Under the pieces are notes generated by a model. The model was not told where the DNA came from. It was given only the letters and a program-made list of their open reading frames with translations, and did no database searches. A stretch of 61,756 bases of DNA, the filler included. It is 5 parts of 5 records of this genome, joined end to end, with 100 filler letters (N's around TTAATTAATTAA, not from the genome) between each part and the next. Parts side by side here need not be neighbours in the genome. Positions count along the whole stretch, not along the records: positions 15,485 to 36,600 come from SRR20825019_2699; 4 more parts are not named here. One strand, 5' to 3'. Positions 20,159 to 29,514 of this stretch are shown piece by piece (position 1 is the stretch's first letter; every line of letters begins with the position of its first letter). The position numbers and the translations under genes were made by a program.

Positions 20159-20183
20159 TTCGCTGCCCGGCCAGAGGCGTTAC
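20159..20183 (-). promoter_or_regulatory. SigF/EcfF (ECF16)-type promoter
   Basis: GTAAC-N16-CGAA on the minus strand, about 50 nt upstream of the precursor ATG. Confidence 0.65.
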
Positions 20184-20275
20184 ATGTTCACGCGCTCGTG
20201 AACGCAAAACACCGACGCCAGGAAAACCGGCGCCGGCTTGAAATTACTTGGTCATTGAAAAAATCGGTATCCGGA

Positions 20276-20665
20276 TCAGATCCAGTAGGGGGTCACGCCA
20301 TAATAGTCATGGACGCGGCGCCCATTCTCGGCTGTCCAGAAATTGTCGTCCTCGCCCTCATAGCGCGGCGCGCCTTCGAGCTGGTCCTTGGTGATGTCGA
20401 CGCGGTAGCCGCCGAGATTTTCGTCGTAGTCCAGCTTGGACCAGGGCAGCGGATAATGGTCATGTCCAATGCCCAGAAAGCCGCCAAAGCTAAGTACGGC
20501 ATAGGAGACCTTGCCGCCGCGCTTTTCGACCAGAATGCGCTCGATGGAGCCGATATGGTCACCGTTCGGGTCATAGACCTTGGTGCCCTCGACCTTGTCC
20601 GAGGCGATCAGATCGTGGGTTTCCTTGACGTCGGCAGTATCGATGCGCTTGTCATCATAGGCCAT
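20276..20665 (-). CDS. PRC-barrel domain protein
   Basis: LIASDKVEGT.VY and YAVLSFGGFLGIG..HYPLPW motifs; AAGGAGG RBS. Confidence 0.93.
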   Translation of the reverse strand: MAYDDKRIDTADVKETHDLIASDKVEGTKVYDPNGDHIGSIERILVEKRGGKVSYAVLSFGGFLGIGHDHYPLPWSKLDYDENLGGYRVDITKDQLEGAPRYEGEDDNFWTAENGRRVHDYYGVTPYWI

Positions 20666-20696
20666 TTCATCCTCCTTGATTGGGGTGTGGAGGCAG

Positions 20697-20721
20697 AACG
20701 CGGCGCTCTGGTGCAAGTTTC
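20697..20721 (-). promoter_or_regulatory. EcfG/RpoE2 general-stress-type promoter
   Basis: GAAAC-N16-CGTT upstream of the PRC-barrel gene. Confidence 0.55.
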
Positions 20722-20740
20722 GTCGAATGTGGAAATGTGA

Positions 20741-22378
20741 TCAGGCGACGAGGCGCGGCCGCGTCAATGGGCGGGGGCCGTGATCGGCCAGATAGGCGAC
20801 AAAGGGCTCGATCAGGAGCGGCCGGGAAATGCCATAGCCCTGGGCGAAGTCGACCATGCCGGTGGCCTTGAGGGCGTTTAGGCGATCCATGGTTTCTACC
20901 CCTTCGACCACCAGCGACCGGCCCGAGGCCTGCACCAGGTCGATGGCGTGGGTCAGCATGGTGGACATGACCGAATGGTCCGGGGCCATGGCAAAGGACC
21001 GATCGAGCTTGACCCCGTCAATCGATAGCGCCGCCAGATTGTGCATGGAGGAGTAACCCGCGCCGAAATCGTCAATATAAACCTTGAGCCCGGCGGCTCG
21101 CAGCCGCTCGATCTCGACCTGCGCGGTCTCGGGACTGATCTCGGCGGTTTCGACAATCTCGACCACGACGTCGAACGGGGTGTTCTCTGTCAGGAAGGGG
21201 GCGAAGATCGGCACCAGCTTGCCGGCATCAAGGTCCTGGGGGAAGATGTTGAAATTGACCTGAAGGCGCACACCACTGGGCAAATGGGTGGCCAGGTCTG
21301 CATAAGCATAGGCAACCACCATGGCGGTGAAGCGCTCGGTCAGTCCGTGCTTTTCGATGATGGGCAGGAAGCGATCCGGCGGCACGATGGTGCCATCCAA
21401 ATCGCGCCAGCGCGCCAGAACTTCGCAGCCAGTCGCCAGGTCCTTTTTCAGATTGAGCAGAGGCTGGTAGGCGCAGACCACGGAGCCCTTGTCGAGCCGG
21501 CGCAGGAAACGCGCCTCAAACGACCAGTAGCGCTCGATGATGCGGTGCAATTGCTGAGCAACCCAGGCAGCCAGGACGCCGGCAACCAACAGGATGACGG
21601 CGACAGTTGCCCAACCCAGCCCGAAAAGTTGGGTCAGATAACTGCGGCTGGCAATGCAGTGAATGCCGCCGCTGTCGCATGAGGTTTCGTAAAACACGCC
21701 CCTGAAAACCGAAGCCAGGGCCGGTCCGGTGGCGCTGCGGGCCTCGGTATAAAGACCTGCCTCACCCTGGCGGTGCATCCAGACATCGTCGCTGAAGCGG
21801 AAGATGAGTTCCTGTTCCATCCAGCGCGGACCGGTGGCCGGCAGGGGCTGAGCCGGTACGATCATGGCCAGCGCGCCACGCTGGGCCAGGGTTCCGACCA
21901 TGCCGTCGAGGCCCAGAAAGCCGAGGTCAATATCGATCCAGAACGCAATTCCGAACGGGTTCTGGGAGGCTATGTTGGGCGCCCCCAAATCCTCGGGCAT
22001 GGCCAGGCGCCCGGAGTTGACCGAGCATTCGACGCGTCCATCCGGAGCATAGAGCAATTCGTTGATGCCGTCCGGCAGGAAGGCAATGCGGCGCAGCTCT
22101 TCAAGAAAAGCGGGTGAACAGGCCGGTTGGACCAAGCGCCGGTCCATCTCGTCGAAAGTGGAGAGAACATTGGTCCGCAGCCGCTCAAAGCCGGTCAGGC
22201 TGCGCTGGGTTTCCACCCGCATATTGAGCGAGACCTGCTCGGCAACGATCCAGGTGGCGCCGAACATCAGGACGACAAAGGCCACCAGCCAGAGGCTAAT
22301 CCTGAGGCCCCGCTCATGTGTTCCGGCAATCAGGATGCCGATGAATCGGTTCATCCGAACGTCCTCCGCGTCCCCCAT
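20741..22378 (-). CDS. Membrane-anchored EAL-domain c-di-GMP phosphodiesterase with periplasmic CSS-like sensor
   Basis: Two TM segments around a Cys-containing periplasmic domain; EVLARW, EIVE, DDFGAGYSS, EGVE and QGY motifs; start at 22378 or 22354. Confidence 0.88.
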   Translation of the reverse strand: MGDAEDVRMNRFIGILIAGTHERGLRISLWLVAFVVLMFGATWIVAEQVSLNMRVETQRSLTGFERLRTNVLSTFDEMDRRLVQPACSPAFLEELRRIAFLPDGINELLYAPDGRVECSVNSGRLAMPEDLGAPNIASQNPFGIAFWIDIDLGFLGLDGMVGTLAQRGALAMIVPAQPLPATGPRWMEQELIFRFSDDVWMHRQGEAGLYTEARSATGPALASVFRGVFYETSCDSGGIHCIASRSYLTQLFGLGWATVAVILLVAGVLAAWVAQQLHRIIERYWSFEARFLRRLDKGSVVCAYQPLLNLKKDLATGCEVLARWRDLDGTIVPPDRFLPIIEKHGLTERFTAMVVAYAYADLATHLPSGVRLQVNFNIFPQDLDAGKLVPIFAPFLTENTPFDVVVEIVETAEISPETAQVEIERLRAAGLKVYIDDFGAGYSSMHNLAALSIDGVKLDRSFAMAPDHSVMSTMLTHAIDLVQASGRSLVVEGVETMDRLNALKATGMVDFAQGYGISRPLLIEPFVAYLADHGPRPLTRPRLVA

Positions 22379-22438
22379 TGTGGCCGGAAACCTCTCAAGA
22401 GTGGGTTAAGCCGCGATGTTCCATTGCGGGCGATGGCC

Positions 22439-22463
22439 GGAACCGGCAGCGCACTGTTGCATT
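22439..22463 (+). promoter_or_regulatory. EcfG/RpoE2 general-stress-type promoter
   Basis: GGAAC-N16-CATT upstream of the two small ORFs. Confidence 0.55.
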
Positions 22464-22512
22464 GATCTTGTTGGAGGGTCGCAATGACCCGTGAAAATTT
22501 CGGGAGAGAACG

Positions 22513-22770
22513 ATGATTTTCGACACCCTGAAACAACGCATGGGTGGCAAGGACCAGCTCAACCCCATGCAGATTGCGCATCACACCCTGTTTACGGCGC
22601 GCGAGAAAATCGAGTTGCTGCACCAGCTCAAGGCCGAGGCCACGGGCGCACAGGCCGAAGGCGCCGATGTCGCTTACGAGCCCGAGGAAATCGATCAGGC
22701 CATCGCGGAAGTGCGCGATGGCGTGGAGAGTGCTGTGGGTACGGAGACGGTGTTCAAGGGAGACTACTGA
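22513..22770 (+). CDS. Small hypothetical protein
   Basis: GGGAGAG RBS, host-like codon usage, TGATG coupling to the next ORF. Confidence 0.7.
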   Translation: MIFDTLKQRMGGKDQLNPMQIAHHTLFTAREKIELLHQLKAEATGAQAEGADVAYEPEEIDQAIAEVRDGVESAVGTETVFKGDY

Positions 22771-23063
22771 TGGCCGACACCAAGGACAAACAGGCGCCGC
22801 CGATGGCAGAAGTGGACTATATGGTGGACGAAAATTCGGCAAAACTGGATGTGCCCGACGGCTCGGGCCTGAAGGTGGCCGGCGAGCACGATGCAACGGT
22901 AGCCTCAACCGGACCAACCAATTGGTGGCTCTACGGTTTGTGCGCTCTGGCGATCATCGTGGCCATTTTGCTGGTCATGCAGATTTTTTCGGGCGCGCCT
23001 GGCACCGACATGCAACCGGGCACGCCGACATCGGCACCAGTGGTCGAGACACCCGCGCAATAA
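22770..23063 (+). CDS. Small single-TM hypothetical protein
   Basis: GGGAG RBS; MADTKDK start; WWLYGLCALAIIVAILLVMQIF TM segment. Confidence 0.7.
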   Translation: MADTKDKQAPPMAEVDYMVDENSAKLDVPDGSGLKVAGEHDATVASTGPTNWWLYGLCALAIIVAILLVMQIFSGAPGTDMQPGTPTSAPVVETPAQ

Positions 23064-23092
23064 AAAAGGCGCGATCCGCAGATCGCGCCTTT
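23062..23092. terminator. Intrinsic terminator, probably bidirectional
   Basis: AAAAAAGGCGCGATC-CGCA-GATCGCGCCTTT between convergent genes. Confidence 0.85.
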
Positions 23093-23112
23093 CGACATCT
23101 TCGTAGTCGCTA

Positions 23113-23778
23113 TCAGCCGCGGATCGGCGAAAGCTGGATTTCCACGCGGCGGTTCTGCGCACGCCCGGCTTCGGTGCCGTTGGACGCGATCGGGGAGGTT
23201 TCGCCCTTGCCTTCGATGTAGAAACGGCGCTGGTCGATACCCTGATTGGCCAGGATGGTCGCGACGGAGACGGCGCGGCGCTGGCTGAGCGCAAGATTAT
23301 AGGCGTCGTCACCCTGACTGTCGGTGTGGCCATAGACATCGACAATAGTCTTTTCGAACTTCTTGAGGACCAGGGCAACCGAAACCAGGGTCTGGTTGAA
23401 CTGCGGCTGCACCGTGGACTGATCAGTCGCAAAGGTGATGTTGGACGGCATGTTGAGGATGATCTGGTCGCCAACGCGGGTGACCGAGACGCCAGTGCCC
23501 TGCAGCTGCGCGCGCAGCTCGGCTTCCTGTTGGTCCATGTAATTGCCGATGGCCGCACCGGTCAGGCCGCCAACGCCGGCGCCGATCAGGGCGCCAACGC
23601 GCGGATCACCGCCCACAGCTGCGCCGACAATGGCCCCAGCAACGGCGCCGCCGCCGGCACCAAGCAGGCCGCCGCCAGCAGTGTTCGAGAGCCGGCTCTG
23701 GCCGGTGTAGGGATCGGTGGTGGTGCAGGCGCTGAGCGCCAGGGTCGCGGCAAGGGCGACGAGAACCTTCGACTTCAT
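23113..23778 (-). CDS. OmpA-family lipoprotein (YiaD-like, glycine zipper)
   Basis: LSAC lipobox; YMDQQE..LR, GHTDS.G, LSQRRA and NRRVEI motifs. Confidence 0.93.
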   Translation of the reverse strand: MKSKVLVALAATLALSACTTTDPYTGQSRLSNTAGGGLLGAGGGAVAGAIVGAAVGGDPRVGALIGAGVGGLTGAAIGNYMDQQEAELRAQLQGTGVSVTRVGDQIILNMPSNITFATDQSTVQPQFNQTLVSVALVLKKFEKTIVDVYGHTDSQGDDAYNLALSQRRAVSVATILANQGIDQRRFYIEGKGETSPIASNGTEAGRAQNRRVEIQLSPIRG

Positions 23779-23882
23779 AAACTTCCCCCATTAAGGATTC
23801 GGTAACAGTGGCCTTGTGTTGCCCTTTCAATAAGGCAGGAGCGTGATGAGGGGAAGAGCCTGAACGGGGGATGAATGGCCGT

Positions 23883-24287
23883 TCAGCGTTCGGTCCACGC
23901 ATCAGCCATGGCGTAGGATGTAGCGGCCAGAGGCCAGCCACCCAGGATGGGCATCAGCAAGAACACAGAATAACCCAGCGCGTCATCGACCGTACCGCGC
24001 CACAACCAAAAGACTATCTGTTCCAGGACAAAGACCAGCGATGTCACAACCAATACCCAGAACCAATCGTCGTAACGATCGGAACTACCGATCAGGATGG
24101 CAAGGACGACGGTGGGCAGCAGGGCTGGCCCAAGCATCACAAGTAAAGTCTGAGGCTGAAACAGAATTGACGGGCCCATGGACCAGCCCCAGAGGATGGC
24201 GTGGACGGCAAAACCAACGCCAAATGCCAACAGGACCATTCGCGAGGCCAGCGCAAATCTCCCTATCCTGAAACAGTTTCTATCCAT
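23883..24287 (-). CDS. Hypothetical 4-TM membrane protein
   Basis: Hydrophobic ORF filling the gap after the SDR gene; start uncertain. Confidence 0.5.
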   Translation of the reverse strand: MDRNCFRIGRFALASRMVLLAFGVGFAVHAILWGWSMGPSILFQPQTLLVMLGPALLPTVVLAILIGSSDRYDDWFWVLVVTSLVFVLEQIVFWLWRGTVDDALGYSVFLLMPILGGWPLAATSYAMADAWTER

Positions 24288-25050
24288 TGGCCCAGCCGGC
24301 ATCGACGAGGAAGTGCTGGCCGGTGATCATGGCGCTGTCATCGGCAGCCAGGAACAGGGCCATGCGGGCACAATCCTCGGGCGAAAGCGCTTCAGGGATC
24401 GCCTGTTGCTGTTTGATATCGGCGAGGTCGGCCGCGGAGACCCAGAGGTCGAGCTGACGCTTTGTCATCACGGCACCCGGGACCAGGGAATTGACGCGAA
24501 TGCCGGACTGACCCAGCTCGCGCGCCATGGAACGGGTCAGGCCATGTATGGCGGCCTTGGCGGTTTCATAGACTGGCAAATCGGCGGCCATGATCATCCA
24601 ACTGATCGAGCCATAATTAATGATGGAGCCCCTGCCCGCCTTCGCCATGCCCGGCGCAACCGCCTGGATGGCGAAGAAGGCATGCTTGAGATTGACCCCC
24701 ATGCGCTGATCCCACTCTTCCGGCGTCACCTCATTCCATTGGTGGCGCTGATCGTGGGCCGCATTGTTGATCAGGACGAGCGCGTCGCCGTGCTGCTTGG
24801 CACATTCTGCTATGGCGGCCTGATAGGCAGGAATATCGGTGACGTCGCAGGGGATGAAATGCACTGTGTGGCCTGCGGCGTGCAGTTCGGAAGCCAGGGA
24901 CTTCCCGGCCTGGATGGCGATATCGACGAAGCCGACTTTAGCACCCTGCTCTGCAAAGGCGCGTACCATGGCCTCGCCAATGCCTGAGGCGCCTCCGGAG
25001 ATAATGACAGGGCAGTCCTTGAGGCTGGGATAGGCAGCAAAACGGGTCAT
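24280..25050 (-). CDS. SDR oxidoreductase (pentose/xylose dehydrogenase-like)
   Basis: GGASGIG, NNAAHDQRH and YETAK catalytic motif. Confidence 0.88.
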   Translation of the reverse strand: MTRFAAYPSLKDCPVIISGGASGIGEAMVRAFAEQGAKVGFVDIAIQAGKSLASELHAAGHTVHFIPCDVTDIPAYQAAIAECAKQHGDALVLINNAAHDQRHQWNEVTPEEWDQRMGVNLKHAFFAIQAVAPGMAKAGRGSIINYGSISWMIMAADLPVYETAKAAIHGLTRSMARELGQSGIRVNSLVPGAVMTKRQLDLWVSAADLADIKQQQAIPEALSPEDCARMALFLAADDSAMITGQHFLVDAGWANG

Positions 25051-25183
25051 GGTGATATCCGGATCGGTCGTAAGGGTGTTCCAGCCATATAAGCCCACCC
25101 CGCGCGCCATCCGCAACTCATTTTTGAGGTACGTACGTCAAGCCTCCAAGGCGATGGGATATTGCGCTCCATGGCGACAAGTT

Positions 25184-26527
25184 TCAGCGCAGCTTTTCGA
25201 CCGCAGGCGCCATGGTATGAGGACCGACTTCGCGGCTTTCGACTTCTGCCAGCAGGCTCACGATCCTGTCGACATGGGCGATATGGCGCTGTTCCATGGA
25301 GAAATTGAACGTCACATAGGCACGACCTGGACAGAAGGTGCAGATATTGACCTCAGTGTGCCATGCGCCGCAATAGAGCGGCTCCACCATGCCATGGGTA
25401 AGCGGACCATAAGTTCGGTGCGGTGGCACCAGGGTCAGCACAATGTCATTGCCGCCATTGAAGCGCCAAAAGCGTTTATTGGGCAGAAATGGCAGGACCC
25501 GGTTGACCGCTCGCATGGCCTTGAACATGGACATGATGACGACCTGGAAGGACGTAATGTCCTTCTGCTCGATACCGGCCACAGTGTCATCGACGGCCCG
25601 GACATAATCGACGAAGTCGTCCATGACCTTGAACTTGGCTTCCAGTGCGCGGACGCGGAAGAAGTCGTCGTCGGTGCTGTTCCGCTTGGTGTCGAGCATG
25701 GTGTAATTGGCGCCAATTACTTTCTTGCTCATATGCTTTTCGTCGCCCTCGCCATTGAGGGCGTGGGTGACCAGCGCGAACATCAGGCTGCGCTGGCGCA
25801 CACCGAGCTTGTTGGCCAATTTGCGCAGGCGATGGCGCTCAATGGCCAGCGTGCGGAAGCCCCAGGGCTTTTCCTTGGGCGCCAGGATATTGGCCAGCAC
25901 CAGGTAGATCAGCGTGGTCAGGCCACCGCGCAGCGCGCTTTTCAGCCGGTCACCCATGGGCAGCTTGTTGGATTTGTTTGACTGCACGCCATGGCCGGCG
26001 GATGCAGAGCGGGTCAGCAGGGCCGAATCCGAGCCTTCAAGCAAGGCATGGCTGGAACGTACCTGCAAAATGGCAGCGCGGCCCTCGGCATCTGGGCCAT
26101 CGCGACGCACAGCGGCCATGACGCGGAACAGCGGCAGGTCCTCGCGCTCAAAGATATCGGCGGACTTGGACAGCCATTTGTCGGGATAGCCGTCAAAGTC
26201 GTCGACCATCTCGACCGAAGTGATGGCGTCCAGCATGTGCTTGGGAAAGGGCTGGCCCGGCTGGGCACCGACGAAACCGTGGGTGAGCTGGGGCGCGAGG
26301 GCAACCATTTCGGCCACCATATTGCCCAGGCCTTCCTTGTCGTAACTCTGGGCGGAAAAGGCGGTGAAGAACACCGTGTCGCGGCCCTGGTAAAGGAACC
26401 ATTGGAAGTCAGTGAACAAAGCCTGCGGATTTTTGGTGACGGCCGCGCGGGCCAAAGCCAGCGCATCGCCTTGCTCACCTGCGAAACTGGAAGACGAAAA
26501 ACTCTTCACTTCAATAACTCCTCCCAA
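25184..26527 (-). CDS. Hypothetical protein, possible CoA-dependent acyltransferase/condensation-like fold
   Basis: Long ORF with host-like codon usage; PLFRV...SSHALLEG resembles HHxxxDG; start uncertain. Confidence 0.6.
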   Translation of the reverse strand: MGGVIEVKSFSSSSFAGEQGDALALARAAVTKNPQALFTDFQWFLYQGRDTVFFTAFSAQSYDKEGLGNMVAEMVALAPQLTHGFVGAQPGQPFPKHMLDAITSVEMVDDFDGYPDKWLSKSADIFEREDLPLFRVMAAVRRDGPDAEGRAAILQVRSSHALLEGSDSALLTRSASAGHGVQSNKSNKLPMGDRLKSALRGGLTTLIYLVLANILAPKEKPWGFRTLAIERHRLRKLANKLGVRQRSLMFALVTHALNGEGDEKHMSKKVIGANYTMLDTKRNSTDDDFFRVRALEAKFKVMDDFVDYVRAVDDTVAGIEQKDITSFQVVIMSMFKAMRAVNRVLPFLPNKRFWRFNGGNDIVLTLVPPHRTYGPLTHGMVEPLYCGAWHTEVNICTFCPGRAYVTFNFSMEQRHIAHVDRIVSLLAEVESREVGPHTMAPAVEKLR

Positions 26528-26810
26528 ACCCCTCCTGGGAACAATAATCTAAGCGCATGGTAGGTTCTGGATCAACAATTACCGTCCGTCCCGGTTAATT
26601 GCGCTGTCAAAGTTGAGGGAATGAAGCTGCCGTGATGGTAGCGCGCAATTGTTTGAGTGCAATGGACCGACTCCACCCAAAACAGGATCCAGGGACACCG
26701 CAGACCCGAATTATGGGCATTGGACAAGAAGGCCCAATTCGCGCCGCCTTGTTCTGGTCTTTAGTCCAACACCTCGTTGGCCCTTTGCCCATTGGCAGGC
26801 GGGGAGAAGA

Positions 26811-26831
26811 AACTTAGAATGGCTCTCAAGT
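26811..26831. promoter_or_regulatory. Irr ICE-like iron control element
   Basis: AACTTAGAATGGCTCTCAAGT compared with TTTAGAA-N3-TTCTAAA (3 mismatches), upstream of hemA. Confidence 0.45.
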
Positions 26832-26883
26832 GTTGAGGCTGCCCCCTTAAAGGACAAGGGTTTAGCGACAGGTGCGCGTCGAA

Positions 26884-26897
26884 TTGACCTATATCAA
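26884..26897. promoter_or_regulatory. FNR/FixK box
   Basis: TTGAC-CTAT-ATCAA compared with TTGAT-N4-ATCAA, upstream of hemA. Confidence 0.7.
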
Positions 26898-26982
26898 TGC
26901 GGCGTTACGGGGATTAGGTAGAGCATTAAAGAGCCAGGTCCGGCCGCCCCGCCGTTCCAGTGCTCGCAAAGGAATGGCTCCC

Positions 26983-28263
26983 ATGGATTATCGTGGCATA
27001 TTCGAGGATGCAGTGGATACGCTGCGCGCAGAGAAGCGTTATCGCGTCTTTGCTGACCTTGAGCGCATCGCTGGCAAGTTTCCCAAAGCCATGTATCGTG
27101 ACGATGCGGACAATGCCCGCGAAATCACCATCTGGTGTTCCAATGACTATCTGGGCATGGGCCAGCACGAAAAAGTCGTGACGGCCATGCAGCAGACCGC
27201 CGCCGCCATGGGCGTTGGCGCAGGCGGTACGCGCAATATTTCGGGCACTAACCGGCCTCTGGTCGAGCTCGAGCGTTCGCTCGCCGATCTGCACCGGAAG
27301 GAAGCCGCCCTGGTGTTCACATCGGGCTTTGTCTCCAACGAAGCGGCGATCTCGACCATTGCCCGGCTGCTGCCCGACTGCATTATCTTTTCCGACCAGC
27401 TCAATCATGCCTCGATGATCCAGGGCGTGCGCCAGAGCGGCATGGAGAAGAAAATCTTCCGGCATAATGATGTGGCCCATCTGCGCGAATTGCTGAGCCA
27501 GGTCGACCGCAAGCGCCCCAAGCTGATCGCGTTCGAAAGCGTCTATTCGATGGATGGCGATGTCGCGCCGATCAAGGAAATCTGCGATCTGGCTGAGGAA
27601 TTCGGCGCGCTGACCTATATCGATGAAGTACACGCCGTTGGCATGTATGGCCCACGCGGCGGCGGCATTGCCGAACGCGACGGGTTGATGGACCGGATCG
27701 ACGTCGTCGAAGGCACGCTGGCCAAGGGGTTTGGCGTCATGGGCGGCTACATTGCTGCCAATCGGTCGGTGATCGACGCCGTGCGTTCCTATGCACCCGA
27801 GTTCATCTTCACCACTGCCCTTCCGCCAGCGCTCTGCGCGGCCGCGCGCGCCTCGATCGAGCACCTGAAGGGCAATGGCGAGGAGCGCCTGATGCATCAG
27901 CGCCAGGCGCGGCTGACAAAGGCAATCCTGGCCGATGCCGGCCTGCCGGTGATGGAAACCGATACCCATATCGTGCCGCTGATCGTGGGCGATGCGCGCG
28001 CCGTCAAGGCGGCCAGCGACATGCTGCTGGCCAAGCACAATATCTATATCCAGCCGATCAATTACCCCACGGTTCCCAAGGGCACCGAGCGGCTGCGCAT
28101 CACCCCGACGCCGCTCCATACCGACGAAATGATCTTCGAATTGCGCCACGCGCTGGTGAGTGTGTGGACGAGCCTGGAGCTGCCGCGCGAGCGGGCCGAT
28201 GCGGCCATTACGGCAAGCAAGCTGACCAGCGGCGATCTGACCCTGCCCAGCCTGGGCGGTTAA
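26983..28263 (+). CDS. hemA: 5-aminolevulinate synthase
   Basis: [34 protein letters not shown] (PLP Lys) and INYPTV motifs. Confidence 0.97.
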   Translation: MDYRGIFEDAVDTLRAEKRYRVFADLERIAGKFPKAMYRDDADNAREITIWCSNDYLGMGQHEKVVTAMQQTAAAMGVGAGGTRNISGTNRPLVELERSLADLHRKEAALVFTSGFVSNEAAISTIARLLPDCIIFSDQLNHASMIQGVRQSGMEKKIFRHNDVAHLRELLSQVDRKRPKLIAFESVYSMDGDVAPIKEICDLAEEFGALTYIDEVHAVGMYGPRGGGIAERDGLMDRIDVVEGTLAKGFGVMGGYIAANRSVIDAVRSYAPEFIFTTALPPALCAAARASIEHLKGNGEERLMHQRQARLTKAILADAGLPVMETDTHIVPLIVGDARAVKAASDMLLAKHNIYIQPINYPTVPKGTERLRITPTPLHTDEMIFELRHALVSVWTSLELPRERADAAITASKLTSGDLTLPSLGG

Positions 28264-28272
28264 CGCCGTCCG

Positions 28273-28623
28273 TTAGGCCGGCGGTTCGGTCACGAAGGGC
28301 ATGATGTCGACCCCATCGCCGGGAAAGACCGCGAAATGCGGATGGTTCTCGAACAGGCTGGCGGCGGCCTCAATAGTCGCGGCTTCGACCACGGTATAGC
28401 CGCAGAACGGGTTGCTGGCCGGCGCGATCCCGTCTTTTGAAACTCGCAAGGTCTTGCCGACCATGCCGCCCCGGTCGGGGAATGAGGCCGCATTCTTCTC
28501 CTCCCACGCCTGCCAGAGCGGAAGGCCACGGGCGTCGATGGCATCCTGCTCGGGCTTAGGCATGGCGCGGAAACGCGCCAGATCCTCGGGCTGCATGGTG
28601 TAAACGGCAAGAAAGCGCGGCAT
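28273..28623 (-). CDS. YCII-like hypothetical protein
   Basis: MPRFLAVY start with GAGG RBS; GYTVVEA...AA.LF.NHPH motif. Confidence 0.75.
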   Translation of the reverse strand: MPRFLAVYTMQPEDLARFRAMPKPEQDAIDARGLPLWQAWEEKNAASFPDRGGMVGKTLRVSKDGIAPASNPFCGYTVVEAATIEAAASLFENHPHFAVFPGDGVDIMPFVTEPPA

Positions 28624-28879
28624 TTTGGGGACCTCATTGCTTGCGACGAAAACGAGCCTAGCGCTTGCACCCGGCGCTGTCATCGTTGCCTTTCTCGCCA
28701 GGCATTGAGCCACAATTCCCGAGAATTGCTCCATCCCTCTCGCGCCCTGCTGGCGAAAAGAACAGGCGCATTGCCTTGGCTGGAGCCAACAGCGCCCAAA
28801 GCAGCGAACTTGATCGAGGTCAAGAGTGGGCCGCGGTTTGAAGACTATACTCCCTGATACATTGCTGGGAGCATGTGCC

Positions 28880-29356
28880 ATGACCATTCTGATCGTCTAT
28901 GACAGCATTTTCGGCAATACCGGCCAGATTGCCCGTGCGATGGCCGACGAACTGAACAAGACTCACCAGACGCGGCTCGCTTCGGTACAGGAGGCCAGGG
29001 ATATCGACCTTGGCGGGATCGACCTGCTTATCGTCGGTTCGCCGACGCGCGGCTTTCGTCCCACACCCGAGATTCAGGAGTTCGCGTCCCGGCCCGACCT
29101 TTCGGGGCGCGCGGCAACCTTCGATACGCGGATCGATCTCGACACCATTGAGCCCGCGCCCTTGCGCTGGGTGGTGCAGGCCGGGGGCTATGCTGCCGAG
29201 CGGCTGGCCCGCGAATTGTCGGAGCAGGGCTGCACCATGGTCGGCGAGTCGGCGGGCTTTGTGGTCACCGGCCAGGAAGGCCCGCTCAAGGATGGCGAGA
29301 CCGAACGCGCCGCTCAATGGGCGCGGGGTCTCGTCGAGACGGTGCCGGAGGACTAG
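28880..29356 (+). CDS. Flavodoxin-family protein
   Basis: YDSIFGNT, VGSPT, ATFDTR and F.V.G.EGPL motifs. Confidence 0.88.
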   Translation: MTILIVYDSIFGNTGQIARAMADELNKTHQTRLASVQEARDIDLGGIDLLIVGSPTRGFRPTPEIQEFASRPDLSGRAATFDTRIDLDTIEPAPLRWVVQAGGYAAERLARELSEQGCTMVGESAGFVVTGQEGPLKDGETERAAQWARGLVETVPED

Positions 29357-29514
29357 GAGGACCCTAGGGGCGCTGGTCGCCCTGCGGGCACGCTACCGCC
29401 ATTCGAGCATAGCTCTCATGGCCTCCTCGCCTCTAGTCACGACCCTGGCGTGCCCAGCCCTCCGGGACGGGTCGGAGTCCGCTAAATTTGCTCCACTGGA
29501 GCGACTTCCTTACG

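Noticed and set aside
29357-29514. Intergenic short hairpins (GCTCCA-C-TGGAGC and others), possibly a REP/MITE-like element
   Set aside because: There is a single copy in the window and no clear terminal repeats
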